Assembly: GCA_964650645.1 (NCBI GenBank)
Contig: CAZYUH010000001.1
Span: 153,873 to 217,872, forward strand
Direction of reading: 5' to 3'
Origin: an uncultured Candidatus Saccharibacteria bacterium
GTDB lineage: Bacteria; Patescibacteriota; Minisyncoccia; Phycocordibacterales; SBAW01
DNA: 64,000 bases
The notes below the pieces were generated by a model. That model ran no database searches, was not told the DNA's origin, and worked only from the letters and a program-made list of their open reading frames with translations. A program made the position numbers and the translations under genes. Position 1 is the stretch's first letter. Every line of letters begins with the position of its first letter. Positions 19,173 to 28,900 of the stretch are shown piece after piece.

Positions 19173-19808
19173 TCAGTCGGTCGGCATCACGTACGCGTAC
19201 ACGCGCCCGCGCGGGACCACTGTTTCAAGAACGCGCCTGCGGCTGGACCCCTGGCCCCAGGTGTTGCCCGATACGACAACCGGATTGCCGCGCTTGTCGA
19301 TGCCGCTCACGACGCCCACGTGGCCTCCGCCGCCGCGCCGCCCCATGACGGCGATGGCGCCGACCTGCGGCCCGTGCACGCGCCGCCCGTAATGGGCGTA
19401 GCCTCTTGCGAGATTGCCGCCGCCCCTGTGGCCGGTGCGCCTCAGGACCATGTCCACGAAGTGCCCGCACCATACGCGCGACCAGCCGGTCGGGTTGGTC
19501 CCGATATGGCTGCGCGCCTCGGCCACGAGGCTATTGCCTGACGCCGAATAGCTCCAACCCCGGCTCTCCGAGCGGTAGTGCCGCGCCGAATGCCTGCGGA
19601 CCCGCCTTTGCGCGCGGTAGTACCCTTCTGGGTACTCCCACGACCAGTCTGCGCCGTAGTACGGCGAGTACTGGGCCTGGTAGCCCCAGCTTGCCCGGTA
19701 GTGCCGCGCCGATGCCGGCGAAGCCGCGAACAGGATGGAGCAGAGCGCAAGGAACAGGATCCTGCATATATTCGTTCTCACTACTAGTCTCCGTTGCTGT
19801 TTCAACAA
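19173..19808 (-). CDS. Secreted CHAP-domain protein (putative peptidoglycan hydrolase)
   Basis: Signal peptide ILFLALCSILFAASPASA. C-terminal WCGHFVDMVL ... GHVGVVSGID matches the Cys/His CHAP amidase motifs. Confidence 0.55.
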   Translation of the reverse strand: MLKQQRRLVVRTNICRILFLALCSILFAASPASARHYRASWGYQAQYSPYYGADWSWEYPEGYYRAQRRVRRHSARHYRSESRGWSYSASGNSLVAEARSHIGTNPTGWSRVWCGHFVDMVLRRTGHRGGGNLARGYAHYGRRVHGPQVGAIAVMGRRGGGGHVGVVSGIDKRGNPVVVSGNTWGQGSSRRRVLETVVPRGRVYAYVMPTD

Positions 19809-19918
19809 GGAAGGCCCCGCTTGCGCGCGGCGTTCTGCCGTAAGGACTTCCTTTTTCTTAATACCACACTTCTGTACAAATGCAAGTATTTTGCGCCCGG
19901 GCGTGGTATAGTCACCCC

Positions 19919-20362
19919 ATGGCGCTCATAGAGCACAAGAAAGCCAGGCTCAATTACGAGATCCTCGAGGAGTTCGAGGCGGGCTTGGAATTGCTCGGCA
20001 GCGAGGTGAAGAGCCTGCGCCAGGGCTTGGGCAAGCTCGAGGGCAGCCATATAATAGTGCGCGGCGGCGAGGCCTACGCGGTCGGGATGCACATCCCGCC
20101 CTACCAGCCGCTCAATACCGCGCCCGACTACGACCCTGACCGCTCGCGCCGCTTGCTCCTCAGCAAAAAGGAGCTTTCGCGGCTCAGCGACTACGAAGCG
20201 CAGAAGGGCTTGACAATAGTGCCACTTAGGGTGTATAATAAGGGGAAGTATCTCAAGCTCGCGCTGGCGGCCGCGAAAGGCCGTAAGAACTACGACAAGC
20301 GCGCCGTCTTAAAGGAGAGGGACACCAAGCGCGAGATAGAGCGCACCTTGAAAAACCAATAA
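19919..20362 (+). CDS. smpB: SsrA-binding protein SmpB
   Basis: MALIEHKKARLNYEILEEFEAGLELLGSEVKSLRQG... is canonical SmpB. Adjacent to tmRNA. Confidence 0.85.
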   Translation: MALIEHKKARLNYEILEEFEAGLELLGSEVKSLRQGLGKLEGSHIIVRGGEAYAVGMHIPPYQPLNTAPDYDPDRSRRLLLSKKELSRLSDYEAQKGLTIVPLRVYNKGKYLKLALAAAKGRKNYDKRAVLKERDTKREIERTLKNQ

Positions 20363-20430
20363 CAGCAGGCCGTGTCTGCTGGCATTCGCGTACGGAGCCC
20401 CTCCCCTTTTTCTTCGGAGGGGCCCCGCAT

Positions 20431-20809
20431 GGGGATGCCAGGCTTCGACAGCGGGACCGCTGGCGCGATGCGCGAAGTAGAAGCGGGAATCTTCTTAAAA
20501 ATATCCCACCCAATAACTGCCAAGTCAGTTGCATCGCCGTATTTCTCGGCGAACCAGTTCTCTTTCGCTTACGCGAGGGCGTAACTGGCATCCTCCAATC
20601 CTCGTCTGATGGATTGGTCCGGGTGTTATAAACCAGACTATAGCTGGTGGCCGTAATGCAGCCATCAGCCGAACAAACGCATTTGCAGACCTAAGGTATT
20701 TCGTCCGCTTTACAGCCTTAGCGTCTAAAGAAGCCTAAAGCAGACTACACTTCGTAGAAGCCCGCTGCCTCGCCCCGTTGCACGGGGGTTCGATTCCCCC
20801 CGTCTCCAC
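20431..20809 (+). ncRNA. ssrA: tmRNA (SsrA); putative tag reading frame GCG AAC CAG TTC TCT TTC GCT TAC GCG AGG GCG TAA (ANQFSFAYARA*)
   Basis: 5' GGGGATGCCAGGCTTCGACAGCGGGA and 3' GGGGGTTCGATTCCCCCGTCTCCACC form the tRNA-like domain (acceptor GGGGATG/CGTCTCC with G-U pairs). Immediately downstream of smpB. The short ORFs overlapping it are spurious. Confidence 0.8.
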
Positions 20810-20822
20810 CCGTTAAAACATT

Positions 20823-20850
20823 TGCGCCCTTTCGGGCGCTTTTGTTTTTT
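20823..20850 (+). terminator. Intrinsic terminator after ssrA
   Basis: GCGCCCTTTCGGGCGC followed by TTTTGTTTTTTT. Confidence 0.65.
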
Positions 20851-20854
20851 TGGG

Positions 20855-20984
20855 TGTAGACGGGAAGAGCGTTTGAGCGCTCTTCGCGGGGGAATCGAAG
20901 GGCGCAGCATTGCGCCGCACTGGCGGCGCCGCGAGCCGGGGTCGCGAAAAATTTTTGCGACGGCAAAAAGTTATTTGTGGCCGA
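20855..20984 (+). ncRNA. Structured repeat element C
   Basis: GAAGAGCG-TTTGA-GCGCTCTTC hairpin, core GCGGGGGAATCGAAGGGCG, GCCGGGGTCGCG, then hairpin TTTTTG-CGACGG-CAAAAA. Followed directly by a copy of the ssrA 3' end. Confidence 0.5.
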
Positions 20985-20998
20985 CTCCCCCGTCTCCA
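20985..20998 (+). repeat. Direct repeat of ssrA 3' end (att-like)
   Basis: TCCCCCGTCTCCAC is identical to 20795..20808 inside the tmRNA. Confidence 0.55.
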
Positions 20999-21033
20999 CA
21001 AAATCGCAAAAGCTCCCTTCGGGGAGCTTTTGC
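20994..21033 (+). repeat. ~40-nt direct repeat (partial ssrA end + terminator hairpin); left boundary of low-GC island
   Basis: TCCACAAAATCGCAAAAGCTCCCTTCGGGGAGCTTTTGC is repeated at 23926..23965 with 2 mismatches/indels. Confidence 0.55.
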
Positions 21034-21165
21034 ATTTGCGGGACGGAGAAATGTCCGGAGGACATTTCGCGGGGAATCGAAAGCCGGAGCGGGCCCCGTG
21101 CCAGCAGGCAGGGTCGTGCGGCCAATAGTGCGACGGCACTATTGGAACGCCTGACCAACTCCGCT
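21034..21165 (+). ncRNA. Structured repeat element B
   Basis: GAAATGTCC-GGA-GGACATTTC hairpin, core GCGGGGAATCGAAAGCCGGAGCGGGCC, CAGGGTCGTGCGG, hairpin CAATAGTG-CGACGG-CACTATTG, then GAACGCCTGACC. 80-90% identical to A in the core, with compensatory stem changes. Confidence 0.5.
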
Positions 21166-21398
21166 TATTCTCAATAAAGATGAAAAGTCTATTTATTCAG
21201 TTGTACTTTCAGTGTAACAGAGCCCAAAAGCCCGCTCTAGTGGGGTGGATTTGACCCATATCTTCAGATATACCCTCCCCCGTTTGACCGAGGTTTTCCG
21301 AGGTTAAGGAGAGCGTGATAAGAAGCGTCGCGGGCGCGTCTGACGCGTGCTCCCGGCACAAAATTAGACCTTAAAGCTATTAGCAGTAAGATGGTGCC

Positions 21399-23813
21399 AT
21401 GGCTAGCCGCCAACAAAAAAGAGAGCTTTTAAAACGCCGTAGAGCCGAGCAGAAAAAGCTGCATGGTATGGGAGAACCCAGACCAAAAAAGACAGTGGCG
21501 TACAAAAAGCCCTGGGTAATAAATAAGCAAGACATGGTGATGGTACCCAGCCCTCTGAAAGGTCTGACTCATGCACAAAGAATAGAGATTGTCAGGGCGA
21601 TAGTAGAGAAAGCGAAGGAAGAATTTAATACCAAGTACCCAAAGATTCAAGAGTGGTTTAAGGAGTATGACGCCCTTTACCTTTTGTCTTTCTGCGCAGT
21701 TTACTTCTTGTCCCACCCTGAAGGTATAGACCCTGAAGCTGATGGCTCTCTGGACTTCTACCCCTACTACATAGAAATAATGCAAGCTTTTGCGCTTTCA
21801 CAAGCTCGAAGCGGCTCTGGTAAGCCATTGCTTGAAAATGCAATGAGGCTACAGAAGGAAATGAAGGAAATCGGCCAAGCTACATCGATACGAATGATAA
21901 AAATTCCTTCGGAGGAATCCGAGGAGAGTGAAGCTTTCTCTCACAAGCTCCTGATGGAAATGCGCTCAAGTACGACGGCCGTAAGAAACTGGGCTTACTT
22001 CCACCAAATGAAGCGTGTGATGTTTGACCTTGCTCAGCTAATGGACCCTGAGTTCAGGAATACTTACGGAATAAGTTGTAAAAAGTTTTTTGAGGTGTTT
22101 TTTGCTCTAATCGAAGAGCGCAACGACTTACTTCATGAGCACCTGACAAAAATTAGAGGCTTCTATAGGCTACGAAAAACCGACCACAAGACAATAATCA
22201 AAGCCTACAACGAGACCTTCCCCGAGAACGAGCAGGTAAAAGAGGAAGAGATGGAGGAACTATGGGTGGCTGCGGGCAAAGACAAAAGGAGTTTGGCAGG
22301 GATGCTCGTATGTCATGCCGACCTTAAACTCGAGGATATTTTTTCATTCTCTATATCTCACGCTAAAGAAATTCTTAACGAACCCGAAAGCGAGCAAGCA
22401 CTGGGGACACTGCTCGACAGACTTTCCATTGCTTTTGGAGAACTAGAAAATGCCAATAAAGAGCACCTAATTCTGAACAATCCAGTTACTAGAAGGCCAT
22501 TCATAAAAACAAGCAAAGAGACCTATTTCACCTCAATATGGGGTACCCTAGCTCACTTCTCACTCGACATTCTGGAAGACTTGGTAGAGGACTCTGAGGA
22601 ACTAAAAGAGAAGTACAATCGCATAAAAGCAAAGTACCTTGAAGACGAGGTGGAAAAAATGTGCAGGGAGTATTTTCCTAGCGCCCAGATTTACCGCGGA
22701 AGCCTATGGGAAGACGGTGCCAAGAATATCAAAGGAGAAAATGACCTAATTGTTCTGATTGGAAAGTTTGCACTTGTCATAGAAGCAAAGTCTGGCGGTA
22801 TTCGAGACCGCGCGAGGCGAGGAGACCCTGCTGCCCTATTCGACACACTTAGAGCCCTAATTGAGGAGCCTTCAGAACAGGCCTTCAACTTTATCGAACT
22901 TCTCCAGAGAGAGAAAGGCGCGCACGAGTTCCGCACAAGAGACCACGGAACAAACACGATTGATAGCACAAATATAAGTTATTACATACCTCTCGGAGTG
23001 ACTTTCTCTAACCTAGGAGGTATAGGTGGCAACTTAAAAAAGTTGATAGACGCAAAGGTCATAAATAAAACATTGGAACAGCTAGCTCCTTCTGTTAGCT
23101 TTACTGACCTTGAAACAGTTCTCGGGCTCTTAGAATCTGAACCCGAAAGGATTCATTACCTTGCTCGCAGAAGAGAATTCGAGGCTCATATGATATATGA
23201 AGGCGATGAATTAGACTTGCTAGGATTTTACCTAGACAACAGCTTTAACATTGGGGAAACGGAGTATGCCCAAGATGTGGTATTAAACATCGGGCTTAAG
23301 TCAAAAGAGCTAGACCCATATGTCGTGGCGAAAAGCGAAGGCAAGGTCGTAGAAAGACCAAGGCTTGCCATGACTCAATGGTGGCGGGATTTAATAAACA
23401 GAATCGCCGCCAAAAAACCCGAAGGCTGGGTAGAGATGTGCTTTGTACTCTTAAACTCTTCCAAAGACGACCAAGAGAAGTTTGAGAAGGCTTTAGGTAG
23501 ACTAAAAGGCCGTATAAGAAAGGGGCGTATCGAAAAGCCACATAACTGGGTAGCGTTTTTATCTGGCCCCGAGCGGAGGAGGTATCTTATTGCTGGATAC
23601 CCGTACGAGACCGAAGATAGGAGTCTGAGAAACAACATAATGAATCAGATAATTGACGACGAGAGCGCAGCAAATACCAGAGGCGCCGTAATAATCGGCG
23701 TCAAAATGGGCTCAAAAGATTATCCATACTCAGTACTAGCCAACAGAGCTTCTACAGACCTATTCGATGTGCTCACACTTCCACCTAAACCCGAAGATGA
23801 GCCATCCGCTTAG
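21399..23813 (+). CDS. Large hypothetical protein with NERD-like PD-(D/E)xK nuclease motif (island cargo)
   Basis: 804 aa in an AT-rich island. Central GENDLIVLIGKFALVIEAKSGGI matches the NERD/PD-(D/E)xK D...V-I-E-x-K-x-x-G signature. N- and C-terminal regions have no recognisable family. Confidence 0.55.
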   Translation: MASRQQKRELLKRRRAEQKKLHGMGEPRPKKTVAYKKPWVINKQDMVMVPSPLKGLTHAQRIEIVRAIVEKAKEEFNTKYPKIQEWFKEYDALYLLSFCAVYFLSHPEGIDPEADGSLDFYPYYIEIMQAFALSQARSGSGKPLLENAMRLQKEMKEIGQATSIRMIKIPSEESEESEAFSHKLLMEMRSSTTAVRNWAYFHQMKRVMFDLAQLMDPEFRNTYGISCKKFFEVFFALIEERNDLLHEHLTKIRGFYRLRKTDHKTIIKAYNETFPENEQVKEEEMEELWVAAGKDKRSLAGMLVCHADLKLEDIFSFSISHAKEILNEPESEQALGTLLDRLSIAFGELENANKEHLILNNPVTRRPFIKTSKETYFTSIWGTLAHFSLDILEDLVEDSEELKEKYNRIKAKYLEDEVEKMCREYFPSAQIYRGSLWEDGAKNIKGENDLIVLIGKFALVIEAKSGGIRDRARRGDPAALFDTLRALIEEPSEQAFNFIELLQREKGAHEFRTRDHGTNTIDSTNISYYIPLGVTFSNLGGIGGNLKKLIDAKVINKTLEQLAPSVSFTDLETVLGLLESEPERIHYLARRREFEAHMIYEGDELDLLGFYLDNSFNIGETEYAQDVVLNIGLKSKELDPYVVAKSEGKVVERPRLAMTQWWRDLINRIAAKKPEGWVEMCFVLLNSSKDDQEKFEKALGRLKGRIRKGRIEKPHNWVAFLSGPERRRYLIAGYPYETEDRSLRNNIMNQIIDDESAANTRGAVIIGVKMGSKDYPYSVLANRASTDLFDVLTLPPKPEDEPSA

Positions 23814-23925
23814 ATTCCATTGGCTCCATGTGACCCATACTCCCCTGCTAAGCCAAGGCAAAGTCCCTTGCTATCAGAAGCTCGTACTGCTCGTAAATAC
23901 TAGAAACAAGGCGGTTCCAACTTTC

Positions 23926-23965
23926 AGGATGTATGTCCACAAAATCGCAAAAAGCTCCCTCCGGG
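23926..23965 (+). repeat. Right copy of the ~40-nt direct repeat bounding the ssrA-associated island
   Basis: TCCACAAAATCGCAAAAAGCTCCCTCCGGGGAGCTTTTGC. Confidence 0.55.
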
Positions 23966-24044
23966 GAGCTTTTGCTTATAAGAAAAACCCCGGCCGATTG
24001 CGCGGCCGGGGCTCGAAAGTGCGGGACGGGAGGATCTTGCGCGA

Positions 24045-25466
24045 TCAGCTTGCGAGATAGGCGTCCGCCCTCTCGCAGACCTCCCGGACCTTCTCCCGGG
24101 CGCGGCCCACGTAATTGTGCGGCTCGCGAAAGAGGCGGTGCAGGTCGCGGGGGATGTTGTCCCACGCAGCCTGCAGTTCGCGGTCCTCTTTCGCAAGGGA
24201 CTCCACCGCCTGCACCAGGGTGACTCCCCCGGAGACGAGCGGCATCGCCTTATGGTTGATGACCTCGTGCGCGTCGCCCGGATAGCCGTGCATCTGGAGG
24301 GCCAGATAGAGCGGCTCGGCCAGGATAATGTCGCCGCACGAATCCAGGTTGCGCTCGCACGCATCCTTATTGACCGCCAGGCGCGCCAGGAATTCCCGGC
24401 CGTCCCTGCCCTTGCGCAGAAGCACGTCCATCTGCGACACCAGGTTGACGATGAGCGTCGGGAAGTCGCGGCTGACCGAGCTGCCGACCAGGTCGCGCTG
24501 ATGCTCGCTGATCATAGTATCGAGCACCTTGCCGAACTCGTTCCGGTTCTTGATCCACGTCCCCTCGAGGTTCTCGAAGTTCAGCGGATTGCGCTTGTGC
24601 GCCATCGTCGAGGAGCCGACCTGACCCTTCTCAAACGGCTCCTGGAGCTCGGCGATTTCGCTGCGCATCAGGTGCCGGGCATCGCGGCCCAGCTGCCCGA
24701 ATGCGGCGGAAAGGCCGACCGCCGAGAACAGGTAGTACGCCAGGGGCTCCGGCGGCAGGATCTGCGTCGAGATGGGCGCCGGCTTGAGATTGAGGCGCTT
24801 GAGCACCCGCTCCTCGAACGCGGAGCCTTCCCCGCCGCTGATGCCGAGGCCGACCTGCGCGTTGTACGCGCCGACCGCGCCCGAGATCTTGCCGACAAGG
24901 CCGCCGGCATGCCGCTCCAGCTCATCCGCGTTGCAGAGCACGCGGCTGAGCACGGTTGCGAACCAGAAGCCGGCCGTCACCGGCAGGGCATGCTGGCCGT
25001 GCGTCCTGCCTATCTGCCCCGTATCGGCATGCTGAGAAGCCTGCTCCTTGAGGAGGCGGACGATGCGCGCGATCTTCGGACGCACCGCGCATTCGTGCGC
25101 CCGAGAGAACTGCAGCGCCCGCGCCGTGTCGATGACGTCGTAACTGGTCAGCGGCACATGCACCCAGCGCCGCAGCGGCTCGGGCAGGGTTTCCTGCATG
25201 AGGCGCACCAGGGCGCGGATGTCGTGCCTGGTCACCTCCCGCTCCACCCTGTCCATTTCGGTCGTGGTGATAAAAAACAATTTCTGCTTGATATCCGGGG
25301 TCAGGAGCGCGTAGTCCTCCGCTTTTATGATGCCCGCCTCCGCGAGCGTTTCCAAGGCCGCGAGCTCGACCTCCAGCAGGGACCTGGCGAGATTGTCGTA
25401 GCCAAACATGCCGACGAGGTCCTCGGGCTGATACCGGGGATTGCCCGGCATAGTGAGATTGGACAT
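24045..25466 (-). CDS. purB: Adenylosuccinate lyase
   Basis: Fumarate-lyase signature GSSTMAHKRNP. ORF 24045..25754 trimmed to MSNLTMPGNPRYQ with RBS AAGGAG. Confidence 0.85.
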   Translation of the reverse strand: MSNLTMPGNPRYQPEDLVGMFGYDNLARSLLEVELAALETLAEAGIIKAEDYALLTPDIKQKLFFITTTEMDRVEREVTRHDIRALVRLMQETLPEPLRRWVHVPLTSYDVIDTARALQFSRAHECAVRPKIARIVRLLKEQASQHADTGQIGRTHGQHALPVTAGFWFATVLSRVLCNADELERHAGGLVGKISGAVGAYNAQVGLGISGGEGSAFEERVLKRLNLKPAPISTQILPPEPLAYYLFSAVGLSAAFGQLGRDARHLMRSEIAELQEPFEKGQVGSSTMAHKRNPLNFENLEGTWIKNRNEFGKVLDTMISEHQRDLVGSSVSRDFPTLIVNLVSQMDVLLRKGRDGREFLARLAVNKDACERNLDSCGDIILAEPLYLALQMHGYPGDAHEVINHKAMPLVSGGVTLVQAVESLAKEDRELQAAWDNIPRDLHRLFREPHNYVGRAREKVREVCERADAYLAS

Positions 25467-25646
25467 GAGCCTGCTCCTTGATTGATTGAAAGGTCGGGCG
25501 CCGAACGCGCCTTGATCCGAGCGCACTATACGCGGCCCGGGCCGCATGTTCAACCCTGCCCGAGCGCCATGCGCCCCAGCGTTCACCCCGCCTTTAGCCG
25601 CCTGCGCGTATAGTGCTTGGGCCGCTACTACCAGCCTAAACGAACA

Positions 25647-25889
25647 ATGCTTATGGACAGCTACGCGAAGAATTACATGGAGTGGTGGGACGGGGTCGTG
25701 AAGGAAGAGGCCGCCAAGGCGCAGAAAATGGATGCCGAAGAGCGCATGGAGCACAATAGGATGCTCGAGGACTTCAGCGCCGAGGCGTCGGCCGCCGCCG
25801 ACTGGGCCGAGGCGGACTGGGAGCAGTTCAAGGGCCGCGTCCAGCAGTGGGCCAGCAGCACACAGATGAAGGCCGACAGCGCGCTCTAG
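25647..25889 (+). CDS. Small hypothetical protein (~80 aa)
   Basis: ORF 25617..25889; acidic C-terminus; weak RBS; start uncertain. Confidence 0.3.
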   Translation: MLMDSYAKNYMEWWDGVVKEEAAKAQKMDAEERMEHNRMLEDFSAEASAAADWAEADWEQFKGRVQQWASSTQMKADSAL

Positions 25890-25930
25890 CTCCGCTCCCC
25901 GCTCCCGTTCCGCGAAGTGCGCGCGAACGA

Positions 25931-25961
25931 AAAAGCCCCGGCATGCGCCGGGGCTTTTCCT
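25931..25961. terminator. Bidirectional intrinsic terminator
   Basis: AAAAAGCCCCGGCATGCGCCGGGGCTTTTCC. Confidence 0.6.
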
Positions 25962-25975
25962 GTCTGCGAAGCTTC

Positions 25976-28900
25976 TTAGTTCGCCTTGAAGATGACGTCT
26001 ACCCAGTAATTGCTCGACTGCCAGGTTGAGTTGGGGAACGCGCCGGCAGTATTGGTAGTGTACCTGTACACCCCGTTGCTCCCCGAGGGCGCATGCAGCG
26101 TGCCCGAGTTGACCGGCGCCGTGAAGTACCCGCTGTCGCCCGCGTAGCGGCCGTTAGGAGCCAGATACGACGCCACGTACGTAGTGCCGGCATTTACGCT
26201 TATAGGCGTCGCGAACAGCGCCTCCTGCCAGCCGGTCGCGGTCTCGCCCGTAAAGGTGACCGTGCCGAGCTTGGTGCCCGTACTGCTCCACAAGTGGCCT
26301 AGGTGGGTGCCGGTGTTGCCCGCGCCCTTGTAGAAGCGGATGCCGTAGATCTTGCCGGCGATGTCGGAGGTGAACTTTACGCCCACTTCGACCGACGCCG
26401 TATCCGGATCCGACGGGTTCGCCGGAGCCGGGTTGGACGGCCACAGACTGAGCGAGGGCGTCGACGTCGGGGCGGCCGCGACGCTGAAGGACGAGGTGAA
26501 CGTGGCCGAAAGCGCGTTGCCCGCGGCATCCTTGGCGCCCGAGGCTCCGCCCAAGACCCGGACCGTGTAAGACGCGCCCTGGACGAGCGCGGCGCTCGGC
26601 ACGAGCGTCGCCGAGTTCGAAGACGAAGCGTAAGTGACTATTCCCGAGACAGCCGTGCTTGAGGCATTAAGCAGCTGCACCGTCGCCGTCGTGATGCTCG
26701 AAGCGCTCATCGGCTCGGAGAACGCCACCGTGACGCTCGTGGTCGCAGCGACATTCGCCGCGTTATTGGCCGGAACCACGCCCGTCACCGTCGGGGCGGT
26801 GGTGTCGGAGGGCGGCACGGGGAGCGTCGAGGTGCTTGCCGATGCCGAGTTCGCGGACTCGTTCTGCGCCGCGTCGAACGCCGACACGGTATAGGAGTAC
26901 GAGGTCGACGCAGTGAGGCCCGTGTCAGTGTAGCCGGGCGTCGTGGTCGTCGCGATGCGCGTCCCGTTGCGGTTGACGTGGTAGCCCGCGACGCCCACGG
27001 CGTCAGTCGAGGAAGCCCAAGACAGGGTGATTTGCGTCTGGGTGACCCCCGAAGCGGTTACGTTCTGCGGCACGGTCGGCGCAGTGGTGTCTTGCGCGGC
27101 GCCGGCATAGGTCGCGGCGTAATTGCCGCCCAGCGCCTGGAACTGCGCGTACTGGACGCCCTTTATGGTAGCGAGCGTAAAGCTTACCGGCGAGCCGTCG
27201 CGCGTGAGCGATGAGAGCGCGCCTGCGGCGGCATTGGCCGGCAGGAGCGCGTACAGGTTGCGCGCGGCCGGCGCGGCTGTCACGCCAAACGTGAGGCTGT
27301 TGCCGTTCCACGAGAGAGTGTCGAAGCTCGACGCGTTGCGGCCGTCGGTCCACGTGAGGAGCTGGTCGGCCGACACCATCTGCACCTGTCCGTTGTAAGA
27401 CTGCACCGCCTGGAGCATCTGGGCCGGGAAATTGTCGCTGAAGTCGTAGTGCGTGCCGAACGCGCCGTAATAGCCCTCCGGCCCGAGCGCCTTGTCTATC
27501 ATCGCCGTAATGCCGGCCGGGTACGAAACGCCGTTCTCGTTAACGAGGTGCGACGCCTCCTGGAACACGTCTATTATCGTGCCGTCGGTGTCGGCGTAGC
27601 GCATGGGCATGCCGGAGCCGTTCATGAAGCCGGGGCGGTTCTGCACCCAGGCGGCCGGCCAGTAGTAGTAGCCCATGTCGATGCGGATGCCGTGCGCAGC
27701 CTCTACCTTGGGCACGCTCGCCCAGTCGCTCCACGCGATGCAGTGGATGCGGTTGCCGGTCTGGGGCTTGATGCCCGGGTAGGCCGCCTTGAAGCCTTGG
27801 AGCTCGCTTGCAATCCTGGAATCGAGCTGCGCTTGCGAAGTGAAGTTGGTGCAGCCGGTATCCGGGTGGACGCCCAAGTCGAAGCCCTGCGTCTGGTACT
27901 GGTTGGCCTCGGCGGACGAGAGGCCCGTGCTTCCGTAGAGCCAGGACGACGCGCGGTAGCAGGTCCAGTCTTCGACCGAGCAGCCCGCGGGGCTCGCGGC
28001 GAGCAGGTCGTCGAAGAAGTCCTCCGTACCGCTCACGGTGCCGTGGTCGTCGCTTGCGGCGACGATTACCGCCTTGCCCATGTTCGGGAAGTACCAGAAG
28101 TGCGGCAGCGGGCTCTTGCCCTGGCCCGTACTCATCATGGTGAGCATGTTGCCGAGCAGGCGCTGCGCCTCGTCGGCCTGCGGGATGGCCACCTTGTTAA
28201 GGTCGAGGTAGTCGGGATAGAAGAGCTCGTCCGGGCGTATGACGCCGGTCTCGCCGTCGCGCTCCTGCCCCGCGTACGCCGGGTTGCCCTGGCGGGTGTA
28301 CACGATGGAGCGCGCGAGGTCGAACGCGAACGCCGCCGCCTGTCCCGAGCCCGCGGAGCGGATAGTGACCGCCGGGTTCGCGGTCGGAGCGGAGGCCGAC
28401 GAGTACAGCGTCGCGACCGCGCGCGCGCCGCTGAGCGTATAGAGGTCGGCGGTGCCGTGGAACTGCATGGTCTGCGACACGATGCCCTTCCCCGGATCCT
28501 GCGTCGTGTCGACCAGGAAGTACTTGTCGGCAAGCGCGCCCGCGGCCGGGGCGATGCCCAGGAGCGAGGCGAGCTTCTGGTCGGGCTTCATCGCGATGAG
28601 ATTGCCGCCGGCATTAACCCAGTCGGAGAGCATGGAAGCCTGCGCTGCCGTGAGCGGCATGTCGCCCAGGATGGCCTCGTCGAATTCGCCCAGCACGGCC
28701 GGCGTAATCGCCGAGATGTCAGCGCTCGAGTACGCGTTGAATCCTTCCGCTTTGAGAATCTCGCCGTAGTAGTTCGTGAACTTATTGGCCGCCGAGGTGA
28801 TTATGAGTATCGGATTGCTCGCGGGCGGCGCAGCCGGCATGACGCCCACGGTCACGCTCGCGGTCGTCGTGCCCGCGGCGTTGGACGCGGTGAGGGTGTA

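Noticed and set aside
20253-20591. Short ORFs overlapping the tmRNA region (112, 77 and 70 aa)
   Set aside because: The region is fully explained by the ssrA structural RNA.
20745-21177. Several 60-137-aa ORFs across the elements C/B and repeat region
   Set aside because: They overlap the conserved structured elements and terminator hairpins. Composition is biased and there are no RBS.
24117-25481. 454-aa + strand ORF
   Set aside because: Antisense shadow of purB.
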